From: Magallana gigas
Lineage: Eukaryota
Reading direction: 5' to 3'
Assembly: GCF_963853765.1 (NCBI RefSeq)
Contig: NC_088859.1
Span: 2,294,001 to 2,358,000, forward strand
DNA: 64,000 bases
Part shown: piece after piece, positions 14,301 through 26,848 of the stretch
Layout of the letters: each line of letters begins with the position of its first letter
How positions within the stretch are numbered: position 1 is the stretch's first letter
Notes under the pieces: model-generated
Told to the model about the DNA's origin: nothing
Databases searched by the model: none
The model's input: only the letters and a program-made list of their open reading frames with translations
Made by a program: the position numbers and the translations under genes

Positions 14301-17300
14301 TCTTCTATATCTAGATAAATCTTCTGTTTTATATGATGAGAAGTTGAAAACTAATTGATTCTGTTGCAGTTTTTTTAATTACTGAATTCACATAGATTTT
14401 ATTTCCTTTCTATATAATGACATTGTAGTATGTGCAGATTTATATGAAGTTCCCTGAATGTTGCAAAGCCTGCGGCATCGCAGTACTGCATGTACATCAA
14501 CTGAATCTTCATAATCTTTTGCTTAGTCCATCATCTATGTTAGTTTGTAATACAGTATACAGATTAAAGAAATTGTATCTTCCATGGTAGTGAAAAGAGA
14601 GCTTTTGTTATTATTGAGATGTCAGCTATCCATGTATCCAGATAACCATTAACTTTCTGGGTCCTAGTAATGATCAGAATCAATAAGCAATATAACAAAC
14701 ATTCTGTCCCTCCCTCCTGGCTCGCAAACTTCCTGAGGGGTGACATGACATAAATCAGAGGGGGGGGGGGGGGTCATCAATGTCACACTCACACAGATGT
14801 GTACCAATAAACTGATGCCACATGCAATGGCTTACCATCGGTGGTCCTCATTACAACTCTTATTTTACTGACGTGTATGATTATGGTATATTGTTATTAC
14901 CGGTATGTGTTTTTAGAGAGGGCATTTGGGGGGGGGGGGGGGGGGGGTTTGAACTTGAACTTGGGTTCAATTCATTCTTTTTTATTTGGAAGGCACCATT
15001 GAACTGTTTATGTAGAAACTGATGGAGAAAATGAAGAGTTCAGACTGAACAGACTGGATTTGTTTTATCCCTGTCAGATCTCCACTGGAGTATGGGTGTG
15101 ATCAGTTGGGTTGTTTACCAAGAAAACAGGCAATTATCTAGAACAAAAATAAACAGGGCCTGCAGCCTTCAACTCTTGGGGTTGAGGGTGAAAATTAAGA
15201 TTTTTAACGGTAGATGGGATCATATTAGCTGGAGTTTGTGTTTTAATAGATGTGTAGAATTTGTAGATTGTGGAGATCAGGAACACTGGAATTCAGGCTA
15301 TAATGGTGTTTGGCTTTAAATTTACATTTATATCATTTATGTGACTCAGGGTATAGTTTGTATGTGTACATGTTAAAATGTCTGTCATTTTACCCTAATA
15401 TTAAGTCCATTACAGTAATTAAAGTGTTTAAATGGTGTTACATTTTTCAAATCAAATACCCGGTCTGCTGGCCCGGGGCATGTAATGTTATAAAACTGCT
15501 AATAATGTCCAGGAGATACGTGTTGTTAACGTTGGCTTGGGCTTTATACATACCTTGTACACCCTGAACTATGTCCCATAGCTTGTGTAGGAATTCTGTT
15601 TTTAATCTGCAGTAATAGCTGTGTATTTATTTATATTGTTTTCTAAATTCTTCAGGATGAGCACAAAAACGGATTATACCTATTCCAGAAGGTATGTTAT
15701 TTTCTTTTTATGAAGAATACAATTGAATACATGTACTTATCTAAAGAGCCTGCTACCCAATTCAAGAAAACACATTTTTCTAAGCATTTGTATTAATTTG
15801 TTATTCAGATATAAGAACCTGGATATAAATTTATGCAGTCACCAGTGTGTGCACCGACATAAAAATTTCTCTAGCTTTCTCTGCAGCATGCTTATAATTT
15901 TGATAACTACCGGTACAACATGCATTGAGTCACAATAAGCAGTGCTAGCATTCAATTCTGAGATGTAGAGGAGAGAGAGGAGTGGTTCAGGAAACAAATT
16001 GTGCATTCATGAGTGGGAGTTGTTTTTATGCTGTTTAAAGCTAAAAGACGTACACTTTTAAAAAATTTATTTAAAAAAAAATTTGTGTCACTGATAGTGA
16101 GGCACAAGGAAAGGGTTTATTTTGATTTGATGTAAGCATTTAATGTGTTTTCTGTGTGTTTAGTCAGTCAAGAAAAACAAAATAACACCTTGCTTTACGC
16201 TTTACTGAGCACATGAATTATTCTGGATTGGATTCTCGCAGTGCCTCACCGGTTTCTGTACGTCTACATACAGAAATAAAATGATGTTATGTAGGCTGTG
16301 ATGTGAAATCTCTTTGATACATGATACCGGCATTTTGTGACTTTTTACTTTCAGTCCTAGTTATAGAAGAAAAGTAGAAAGTGCTTACTACCAAATACCA
16401 AATATGTCTCGGGCACATGTGAGAGGAAAAGCCGGGACCAATGTGACCGGTGATTTATATGTGAGCTCTGATGATGAGGACATTAATTACATAACGAAGG
16501 AAAGATTGTCCACTCGTACAGGTAAAATACATGCCAGGATTCACACCCAGGACAGAAATAGTGCTATGTTTATTCAGCTATACTATGTCCATATAATCAG
16601 CCAACACAATCATTGTTAATGGAACAGTGTGTATTTCCTACTCGAATGTTGATATTGCTATTTACATAGTCGTTTGATGTATTGTTTGACTTTTATGAAA
16701 CACTTGGGCTATGAATGAGTTGTTGCTATTCTGTAGTCACTGTAAGAGATTTTGTTTTCTTGAAATAACAAGGTCAATTATCTTTTAAGATACTTAATAA
16801 ATGTTTTGTTGTAAATCCTCACACTTGCTTTAAATTTGCACCAGCGTTTACCTGAGCTATAAATACATGTACAGGTGTGTAGTAATTTGTAGAGATTGGA
16901 TTCACTTGCATGCAGATACCTTTAAATTTAAAACTTTAAACCCCTTTTTCTCCCTATAATCAATCACACAGAAAAAATGTAACTTAATTTATCGTACCAA
17001 ATTTATTCAATGAATAAGATATTTGGGTTGGATAAGAAATTTTATATACAAAATTTGCTAAAAAGAAGAGTCATTGATAAGGCTTTACAGTGTGTGTTTG
17101 TTGAATTGTCTGCCCTAGGTATCCATACCCTCTGATCCCATGTATTTGAGGTAAACAATGCACCTTTGTTTTAGATACATACCATACCTGTATTTTTCTG
17201 ATTCTGTTTTTTAAATGACCTAAATAGGTTGGAAAATGCATCAAAAGAGGAAAATAAGTCATTAGTCTGCCTATTTGTGTAGTGGTTTTTCTGTTATTTT

Positions 17301-20300
17301 ACAGTTTATGAGGATGGAATACTCCTGAGGTCAGGCAACAGTCTGAGGAATGCCAGGATGTTAACGGAGAGACAAAATGTAAAGAACAGAAGATCCCTGC
17401 AAGCTCTGAACACCAACAAGAATGCGAGGGAGGTCCGGCGATCCCTACACTCTGTCAACACAATGGAGGACTCCAGATTGTCCCGCAGCACAACACGGGG
17501 TTCCAGATCCCGGAGATCCCAGGCCTCGGACTACGTCACCAGTACAAACCGAATAACCGAGACAGCATCATCCTCGGCCTCTATGTCATCTTATACGTCG
17601 TCGTCAAAATCATCTGTCTTAGAACCAGTCCGGAAAACTCTCATCAGGGAGTTTGATGATCTGGAAATGGAGAAAGGAATGAAAGAAATTCAGAACTCCA
17701 ACAGAAAAATCAAGTTATATGGTACAGTTATCTCTGAATGAGTCTTTACATATTGTAAAACCATTGGACAGTGCATCATTATTTAAATTTCGACATCCTA
17801 TTTGTGAAAAGGTCCTTTTTCAGATTAATTAGATGAAAATGTATTGTCCAATACCTTCTTAAAGATTATAACAATAACTTTTTTTATCTTTTAAGGTCTA
17901 GATCAGGTGGACTCTGATGAAATGTCTGGTATGTGACTTTATCCTAGAAACAATATGTTCCTCAATGATTTTTTTTTTTTTTATAAGGATTTTATTCATG
18001 ATTTATTGTTATACAGTCGTAAATGGTGTATTTAAAGTTTGCAATGGGATTTTTTATTTATTATGACTTGCGCATGTATAGAAATATTTTGCGCTGTATA
18101 TCAGTACATGTAATAAATGAGTTGGATTTTACTTGTTTTGTAGGAATGGAATCAGAATCCGAGTTTACTGGTAAGTACTCTGAACTATCATAATTTTGAG
18201 GAGTAATTCAGATTAGAGAACTAGCTGTTTTCACTTTCTGTTCAAACATGAGAAGATTTGGGGTGTATGTGTTTCCAGGAACCAACATGTCTGGCTACCT
18301 CTCCAACTCCCGGTACAGTAGGAGCAGCCCCCGGAGGTCAAGGTCAGACACCACGACTTCTACCTCAGCATCAGACTCCTCTACTTCCATGGTCACCACG
18401 GTCACCACCACCGTAGTCACCACCATCATAGGTAAGTATACAGAGACCAGACTGTAAAAAGAATATGGAACTCAGATTGAATAAGAGCTGAAAGTCTATG
18501 TAATTCTGAATACCTGGAATGAATTAAATACTTTTCATGTACCTATATATAGTGAAACTTTGTTATCAAGTGAAGATTTCGTTTTAAATATAATACAATA
18601 TGATGAAACGTCATGTTCAAAAATGGTATTTAAAGTGTATTCAATTTTTTTCCCCATAGAAACCATCACCTCCACTGCAAGACCTGTGGCCCAGCCATTA
18701 TGGAACAATGTGGGACGACCCATGTGGACCAGTGTAGGCCGGCCGGTGTGGAACCGCGTGGGGGAGCCAGCATGGCAGTACCTGGGTAGACCTGTGTGGC
18801 GGTACCTGGTCAGACCGGTCTGTTCACTGACCATCAGCCTATTGTCGGTGGCACTCTTGATGCTGTACCATCTGATCTGGACGTACTGTCTGCGACACAT
18901 TGTCAAAGCTTGTATGTTTGTGACCAGAAAAACGCTGTCCACTGCACGAGCCGTCGTAGTAAAAATGGTTGTTTGGGAAGTTGGACTTTTCTCAAGGTAA
19001 TAACTGTAGATTCCTAGTTAAATGTGAGGAATTAATTTCTGCGTAAAATCACAAAAAGCAACCCTCGTTGATTTTAAAATCTTGCTTTTAATTTTAAGAC
19101 AGTTTTGAACTGTAGGAAATTATAACAAAAAATTGGTGATTGTGATTTTATATTCTAGCAATTTGATACAAAACAGCAGAATTGCAGAATTAGGTGATCG
19201 CGTAAAATAAAGAATTTACAATAAGTTTTTCTTGAAAAATGAATATGGGATTTAAGTCATAGAAAATATACAAGATATTTGAATGAAACAGATATGTGTT
19301 CTGTTGTTGTCACAATATAAGGAAGAGACCTTTAAATGGTACTTCCCTGAAGCAATATGTTACATGTATGTGATATTTACCATACATGAATAAATGAATG
19401 ATTTTTTTCTAAAAGAATATGAAGAGAAATATGGGACTGTGTTTAGCAATCTGTTACAGATATGTACATCTGTATGACTTGTTTGTTACAGAATGTCCAG
19501 GCTTTCCCGTCTGTGCTGTATCATCTTGCCATTGATGCTTTTGTTGCCATTATTGTTTTATGCAGGTAAATATTTGTTTATAGATAAAATATTTGAGTTA
19601 ATAGCTATTAATTTTAAGCTTCGTAATATGACTATCAAGTAATTTATATCTCAGATAAAAAAAAAAGTATCCAAAGCAAACTAGATTGAATGTTTCACTG
19701 ATGAATCTCATTTGTGACATTCTAAATTATTGAAATTCTGGACTATATCTGTTGTCTCAGTTTAATTTGATCCTTTGTAAATGTATATGTTCAACAAACA
19801 TTTAAGTGAATATATTGACATTGTTGTATCATATATTTATAAGAAGTTAAGTCTTTATTTTTTTTAGCTTCCCCATTTGTGATGCATTCCAACTTGATGG
19901 AGATGTGGAGGGAGAGGACATATGGAGAGATTTCAGGGGTAAAAATCTTAACCACTAAAGGTTTTCTTTGCTCACTGAGATAAAGTCGGGGAAGCTTATG
20001 CTATACCCTATGGCTTGGCATCCGGACTATGCTTTTTACATAAAATGATTGGTAGTCTCATAAAAGTAATGCCTTGTCTCGGTGGGCTCTGTAATCTTTA
20101 ATTACCTAATTATGTTTTTTCAAGTAAGTTGAAAATATTTAGAGAAAATGAATTGGTACATGAGTACATGTATCGCTCTATCTTTTATCAGGTGGGCAAA
20201 GGGCTGAGTCCTCATGAGTTGAGAGAACATGTGAGAAGGATTGTCATACAGATTGACGAGGGCAGGGAACACTCCCTGTCGATGCCAGAGGTAGAGAGTA

Positions 20301-23300
20301 TCGTATCTACGATGGTGGAACAGCGACTGAATGAGGAAAAACTGGCCAATCAGAATCGCTGGTTGGAGGAGCAGGAGGCTGCTAAAAATGAGGTATATCA
20401 TTTCTTGCTGTGGTTATGGTGGTGTTGGGGTGTCTCTATGCACTGAACCTTTGCTAAATTGGTGACCTCACTGTATGCTTGAAATTTCTTTATAACACAC
20501 TAACTGGTAAATAACTGCTTTATCTTGCTTTGATTGAATGATGTACTTGAACATATAGTTGTAAGTTCCATTTAACATTTCATGTAGCTTAGGGATGCAC
20601 TAAGCAGTGTAAAAACTAATAGCAAAGAGGAAGAAAAAGATAGCCCTGTTGAAGACATCAACAAATCACGGATTAGTTCACAAGGACCAAAAGTACATGT
20701 AGATACTGAGGAACCAATAAACATTGATGAGGATTCTGGATTAGACATAAAGATCAACAAATCACATATAAGTTCACAAACACCTAAAGTACATGAACAT
20801 GTAGATACTGAGGAACCAATACACATCAAAGAGGATTCTGGAAAAGACATAAAGATCAATAAATCACATATAAGTTCACAAACACCTAAAGTAGATACAA
20901 AGAAACCAATACACATTGATGTGGGTTCTAGAGAAGATGTGAAGATCAACAAATCATCAGTCAGTTCTGGGACGCGTGACTTACATACAAGGGAGCCAGT
21001 TGACAATGATATGGATTCTGAAATAGATTTGGGGTGTGGGGGCCCTGAAATCTTGGACGCCCCGATGGATGATGGAGGAGTGTGTGAGGCACTTGATGTA
21101 CAGATCAGTGAGACGGACAGGACTGGGAGCCAAGGGACTGGGGGAACAATGGACGCTGGAGAATCTGAAGGCTCTCACGGAGTAGACACAGGAATAGCAG
21201 GACACACAGCCACAAGGAAACAGAGAGTTACCAGTGAACAAAAGCATGGAGATAATTCCACATCAATCACTGGTCACTCACAGAGCCCCTACAGGATCAG
21301 AGATATCTACAGAAACCTAATGCTTAATCCACGAAGAAGGTCAAGGTGTGAAAGGGTATCAAAGAAAGAGGTAAAGGTGAAGAAATCTGCCGGGAAGAAA
21401 CCTGTTAGAACGAGACCTGTACAACCCCACCTAGACAACATACTTGCTCCGCCTGTATGTAGTCCATTGCATCAGTTTCCTGTTCCAGTTGGTTGTTCAG
21501 ACCAGTGAAATTTGAGCTACATTTCCTTTTGGTTGCTTTTTCAAGTTAGCTTGCTTATATTTATTTTCAGTTCGTCTTTTTTTTTTTCAGGCATGCTTGT
21601 TAACATAATTTGATGATGTTTCTGTAATTGAATGTAATTTAATGCATCATGATATTTGTATTTTCTTGTTATTCAACAAGGTTTATGAATTAAGAAGGCT
21701 CACTACACCTAGAAATATTTTCTCAAATCAGCAGAAAATTACATGATTTTGATAGATATCATAATGGATAAGAAGTATTTAAGTTAAATAGGCAAAAAAT
21801 GTGCAATTTAGGATGAAAAATTACATTTATGAAAATTTAATTCTGTAAACATGAACAAAAGCTCCAGGCGGATTCGAACTCATGATCTGCGGTTCAGAAG
21901 CCCAATACTTTAACCACTGACCTACGAGGATATACAACCCAATCGAACTATATAAACAGTTTAACAAAACATTTAAATCGCCATCTTGTGACGTAGTGTC
22001 TTAAAAGGTATAAGTCTAGGTGTAGTGAGGTACCTTAAGATTTGTTTTATGTGTTTAATTTCATGTAACAAAATTTTTGTTATAATCTTTTATATTAAAG
22101 AGAGAGAAAAAATAATGTAATGATAAAAAAATCTCTTTAAATATACATGTATGTCTAACAGAGAAATAAAATTGTATGAGTTGTTAATGTAACATAATAT
22201 GTCATTCTTTTTACTGTAAATGTTAAATTAACAACCGGGATTGTTTTTGCAAAGGTGTCTAAATGCATAAGTTTGTGATAAATACAAAATATTTTAAAGT
22301 GCTGATGTTTTACTGTCTTTGTTAGATGGAGAGAACCAACCTTACTGAGGAGATCCTGAGGGTGCTGCAGCAGCTCAATGTGGGTGTGGGTGGGGGAACA
22401 GACACTCTGACCGAGGGAGATGTCAGAGCCATTGCCAGTCAGCTGGTGCAGCGGGAGGTCAGCGGGCTACAGGACAGAATCACTGAACAAACCCAGGCCA
22501 AGGTCAGTCCATCAGACAGCACTATGTTAGTGATTATATAGAAGCACATTTATTTTATGTTTTATACTTCAGTCCATTGCACTGTCAACATTATCAAAAT
22601 GATAAATACTGGTAAAAGCATAGGTATCCAATTTTATGTATTGTAAATTCCTTATTTCACATGAGTACTTAATTCCGCAATTCCACTGTTTTGTATCAGA
22701 TCACAAGAATATAAAATCACGATCACTAATTTTTTGTTTTAATTTCTCATTGTTCAAAACTGTCTGAAAAATAAAGACGAGATTTAAAAATTTGTAAGGG
22801 TTGCTTCTCGCGATTTTACATGGATATTAATTCCTTGCGTTTAATTAGGAATGTATAGTATTCTTCCTATAATGAGTATATATACACAATCAGTGACTCT
22901 ATTTAATGGATTTATTGTTCCTGAGCAGTGTTCTTGTATTTTCTCCCTCATGTTTAAAAGCTTTCTTTACTGTTTACAGATGTCAGGGAGTGGAGAACAA
23001 GAAGAAAGAATTCTTAATCTTCAGAATGATTTAAAAACCAGTATAGTGGTGAGTGGTGATGGTAAAACTTTGGAAACTGATATTTCATTAATATTCATTA
23101 GCATCAAATTAGTTCAGTTTGGTAAAATTCAATGTTTCAAGAATAGAATGATACATTGAAAAAAAAAGTTTACTGAACTAAAGACATTTCTAAGGTCTCA
23201 TTGTTTATGCTCCTGAAATTAGAATAGTTTTTTTTCCCCATTTAATATCTTTGACCTTGTCTTCTTTGCAGAATCTTGAACAAAAGTTGACAGATGAATT

Positions 23301-25898
23301 GGATAGAATGAAAAGGTTTGGATGGATATGTTATATATTTCATTTGATTTGCACGGAGAGCTCTGGTAGGATGTTTTTATTACCTTTTTCTATGATTTAA
23401 ATGTTTGATTTCTTTGGTTTTAGTGAATCTGTTCGTGGTGAGGGAGTGGGTGATGAAGCGTCGGCGGCCCTCCTACAGATACAGGAGGACCTGTCTTCTG
23501 TCCGCACCCGCCTAGACAGTCTGGAGCTAGAGAGGCAGTCACTGGCTGGACAGCTGAAGAACTGCTGCCGGAACGACAGCTTCTACACCAGCCTAGTACA
23601 GGATCGCATCAATCTGATCCTGGGACAGGTAGGTGTCCCGCTGACTGGGAAGGCTCTATCATTCTACAGGATTTGTTTGTTTTTTAAAACAGTATACCCA
23701 AGAATCTGTCTAGATATCCTTTGATGTATATCATATTTGATCTGACAGCAGATTTTAAACAAGTTACTTATGTTGACAGTAGACCCATTTTTAATTTTTC
23801 TAAGCTTGGAGACATTTCCTGTGATGTCTAAAAGTGATGTTTTCTATAGAATGTCCAGTCTAGCCTTGTGGTAATCATACCAATGTTTACAGATAATGTC
23901 TGGCAATGACTCCGGCAGTGCTGACCAGTACACGTTTGGGGCATGGTTGAAATCGACCTACATCAAGAAGAGTGACCTGGAGGAGTACATGGCAGAGTTC
24001 AGTCAGGGGCTGACGGAGAAAATCATGAAGGAAATCCCACAGGCAGAGGCGACAGAGGTCTACGTGTCGGAGTCAGGGGTACAAGGCAAAGTGACGGAGA
24101 TGGTGAGGACATTCAAAACAATTTATACATTTTATTCACATGATTTCATTAGGTTTTAATTTCTACATTCTATTAACAGTTGATTTGTTTTTTATTAAAA
24201 ATAATTGTTTGAAAGTTTCAAATTTTAAAACCATTAGAATTTGAAATATTACCAAAGAGTCACTCACAAGTGGTCTACTATTAAACCTGAACCACGTTTA
24301 CATCATCAATTCCTTCTCTCTAAAAAATCAGCTGTGTAGTTTTACAGACCATATACCGGTAATAATTGTACACTTGTTGTAATGTCTACAGGCTGTGAGA
24401 CAGATTGTGACAGAAGCTCTAGAGAAGTTCAGTGCTGACAAGATTGCCATGCCTGATTTTGCACTGGAGTCTGCTGGTTTGTATTTGTCCTTTCCTCCAG
24501 TATGAAATATGTTCATGACTGATTTCTCTTTAACTGTTGTTAATTTGTGTGTAGTGTAAACAAGACTCGAATGACCATAAGTCTGTCATTGCAGGAGGAA
24601 GCATCATCAGTACAAAGTGCTCGGAGACGTTCCACAAGAACACCGCTCGTCTGAGTATACTGGGGATTCCCCTGTGGTACGTCTCCAACTCCCCACGCAG
24701 TGTTATTCAGGTAAGTCCACACTGTGGCATGCTGGGTAAGCTTTGATGGCATCTGCAGTTTTATAGTAAGGGACAGTAATTTGTTTACTGTATTGGTATA
24801 TCAAATGTAAAGGAATATGGGAATTGTGTTAGACAGATGTTGATTTATCACATGTACAGGATATTTTAGAAAGTTTACATAAAACTTGTGAGGTATTCTA
24901 TCCTCTGATAATAGAGAAAACTTTCACATGGGTAAATGACTGTTATTCCTTTATAAATGTCCAAAGGGGATTTCTGTCAACCATTGTTCTGCAGGTTGTG
25001 CTGATATTTACATAAATGTACATTTTGTTATGTATAATGTTCTTTTTGAACTCAGTGTCACTGAAGCAAAATTTATAAATTGCAAAATTATGTTATACAA
25101 AGTGTCTATGAAGCACAAAGATGTGACAGATTTTGTAGAACTGTAAACCTTCAATCATGGTGTATTTTTTCTTCAACAGCCTGAGATGCAACCTGGCTCT
25201 TGTTGGGCCTTTCAGGGCAGTAGAGGTCACCTAGTGATCGAGCTGTCAGCCAATATCACCCCCACAGCCTTCACACTGGAGCACATCCCAAAGTCAATTG
25301 CTCCCGAGGGGAAAATTGATAGCGCCCCCAAAGAATTCACTGTTCTGGTATGTTATTAGAGACCAGATGATATTAACGGAAGAAAAACTTTAATTTTTTG
25401 CATATGATACTCCTCCACATATTTTGATTTGAAATCTTTGATTTGATGGATATTTTGAGTAAATGACATTGTATTTTCTTGGTGCAGGGTCTGAGTAATG
25501 AATTTGACACAGTGGGAAGTAACCTAGGTAATTTTACCTACAATGAGTCCGGGCCTCCTCTACAAACCTTCAGCATAAAGGTAACAAAATAGGTCACACA
25601 CCATACAACATGTATATATCATTATTTGCAGTATATGTGTAATCTTTGTCCACTCTCAAAGGTTGCAATATAGGTTGCACTTGATGCAGCATGTACATTG
25701 TATTTCAATTACCAGTACATGTATTTGTATATCCTTTGTTAACTGTCAACTGTTTCCTGTTTGTGATTTCAGAAACCAAACGTTGGAAACTACAAGTTTG
25801 TTCAACTGAGTGTTTTAGAAAACCATGGAAACCCGTTATATACATGCATCTATAGATTCAGGGTGCATGGAATTCCGTATAAACCAAAGAAAAAGTAG
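11319..25898 (+). CDS. SUN1: SUN-domain inner nuclear membrane protein (SUN1/SUN2 pro-orthologue), ~970 aa
   Basis: Exons 11319-11329, 13154-13246, 15656-15691, 16355-16521, 17305-17721, 17896-17928, 18144-18170, 18279-18431, 18660-18996, 19492-19565, 19868-19938, 20192-20392, 22326-22502, 22980-23048, 23272-23315, 23424-23628, 23893-24102, 24392-24476, 24595-24710, 25180-25347, 25488-25580, 25773-25898 (2913 nt, all GT-AG, in phase). N-terminal DYTYSRS...PNMSR resembles SUN1 YTYALS...PRMSRR; TM segment LCCIILPLMLLLPLLFYA; coiled coils; SUN domain ADKIAMPDFALESAGGSII, GIPLWY, QPGSCWAFQG, LEHIPK, SAPKEF, NHGNPLYTCIYRFRVHG. The first two exons are less certain (alternative start ATG at 15657). 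The symbol is a family label, not a 1:1 orthology claim. Confidence 0.92.
12170..12781. mobile_element. TTAA-flanked MITE (Kolobok-like termini AG..CT) in SUN intron 1
   Basis: Perfect 18-bp TIR agctgcttggtccgattt; TTAA at 12166-12169 and 12782-12785. Confidence 0.85.
20588..21508 (+). CDS. Candidate alternative (terminal or cassette) exon of the SUN gene; 306 codons, acidic/Ser-rich with 30-34 aa repeats
   Basis: Acceptor catgtag| at 20587 is phase 0, in frame with the upstream exon (..KNE|LRDALSSVK..). Frame is open to TGA 21506-21508; the supplied ORF 20921-21508 is its 3' part. Possible internal phase-0 donors at 21371 (GAG|gtaaag) and 21377. Confidence 0.55.
   Translation, partial: LRDALSSVKTNSKEEEKDSPVEDINKSRISSQGPKVHVDTEEPINIDEDSGLDIKINKSHISSQTPKVHEHVDTEEPIHIKEDSGKDIKINKSHISSQTPKVDTKKPIHIDVGSREDVKINKSSVSSGTRDLHTREPVDNDMDSEIDLGCGGPEILDAPMDDGGVCEALDVQISETDRTGSQGTGGTMDAGESEGSHGVDTGIAGHTATRKQRVTSEQKHGDNSTSITGHSQSPYRIRDIYRNLMLNPRRRSRCERVSKKEVKVKKSAGKKPVRTRPVQPHLDNILAPPVCSPLHQFPVPVGCSDQ
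21694..22034. mobile_element. TTAA-flanked MITE containing a tRNA-like cassette
   Basis: TIR core ctcactacacctaga (15 bp perfect); TTAA at 21690-21693 and 22035-22038; A-box/B-box-like sequence on the minus strand at 21861-21930. Confidence 0.7.
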
Positions 25899-26514
25899 AA
25901 AACAGACACATATCGCTACATGGCAGCAAAAACGTTTGAAATGGGGGAAAACGGTTTTCCCAAAATGATTTCTCCCGAGTGCATTTAATCAGGACTCTGT
26001 GATATAAACAATTCAAGGACTTTTATTTGTTTTAATGCCTTACCTTATGTTGAAGTTTACAAGGACTGACTAGGTACAGACTGTTTTATATTCTTCTGTT
26101 GACAGTTGTGAAGCACTGACTAAATATGGACGGTGTTGTTTTGTATTCTTCTGTTGAAGATAGATGTGCATAATTCTGACTCTGCTCGAGGAAGCTTACT
26201 CGTAACCACCAACGCTGTGTTCAGTTGTCGTCATGTTTTAATATTGTTAAATCATACATGTATATATATGTATATGCTGTTTATTTATGTACATTGTGTG
26301 AGATTTTGGTATTGTTAGTCTATATGCTGTTTATTTATGTATATGGTGTAAGATTTGGTATTGTTATGTCATATATGCTGTTTTTTAATGTGTATAGAGT
26401 ATGATAATTTTTCAAATCCTCAATATCAGGTAGTGTTTTTTACACAAGGATAGCAATTACTCAAATAATCAATGCATAGTATAAGTACAGAGCAGCTACA
26501 TGTAACTATGCTGG

Positions 26515-26848
26515 TTCATTAGGTAGATATACCTGGTTCATCAGATAGATATACCTGATTTATCAGGTAGGTATACCTGATTTATCAGGTAGGTATACCT
26601 GGTTTATCAGGTATATATACCTGGTTCATCATATAGATATACCTGGTTCATCAGATAGATATACCTGATTTGTCAGGTATATATACCTGGTTCATCAGAT
26701 AGATATGCCTGGTTTATCAGGTAAGTATACCTGGTTTATCAGGTATATATACCTGGTTCATCAGATAGATATACCTGATTTGTCAGGTATATATACCTGG
26801 TTCATCAGATAGATATACCTGGTTTATCAGGTAAGTATACCTGGTTCA
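26515..26848. repeat. 22-bp quasi-palindromic minisatellite (~15 copies) downstream of the SUN stop codon
   Basis: Unit tcaggta(g/t)(a/g)tatacctg(g/a)tt(c/t)a. Confidence 0.9.

Noticed and set aside
18535-18942. 135-aa minus-strand ORF with HTGRP-type repeats (also 20572-21006)
   Set aside because: Reverse-complement shadows of repeats in the SUN exons.
21861-21930. Functional tRNA gene
   Set aside because: The acceptor and anticodon stems do not pair properly; it is a tRNA-like cassette within a repeat.
25884-25898. C-terminal KPKKK as an ER-retrieval signal
   Set aside because: The SUN C-terminus is luminal, so a cytosolic dilysine signal does not apply.
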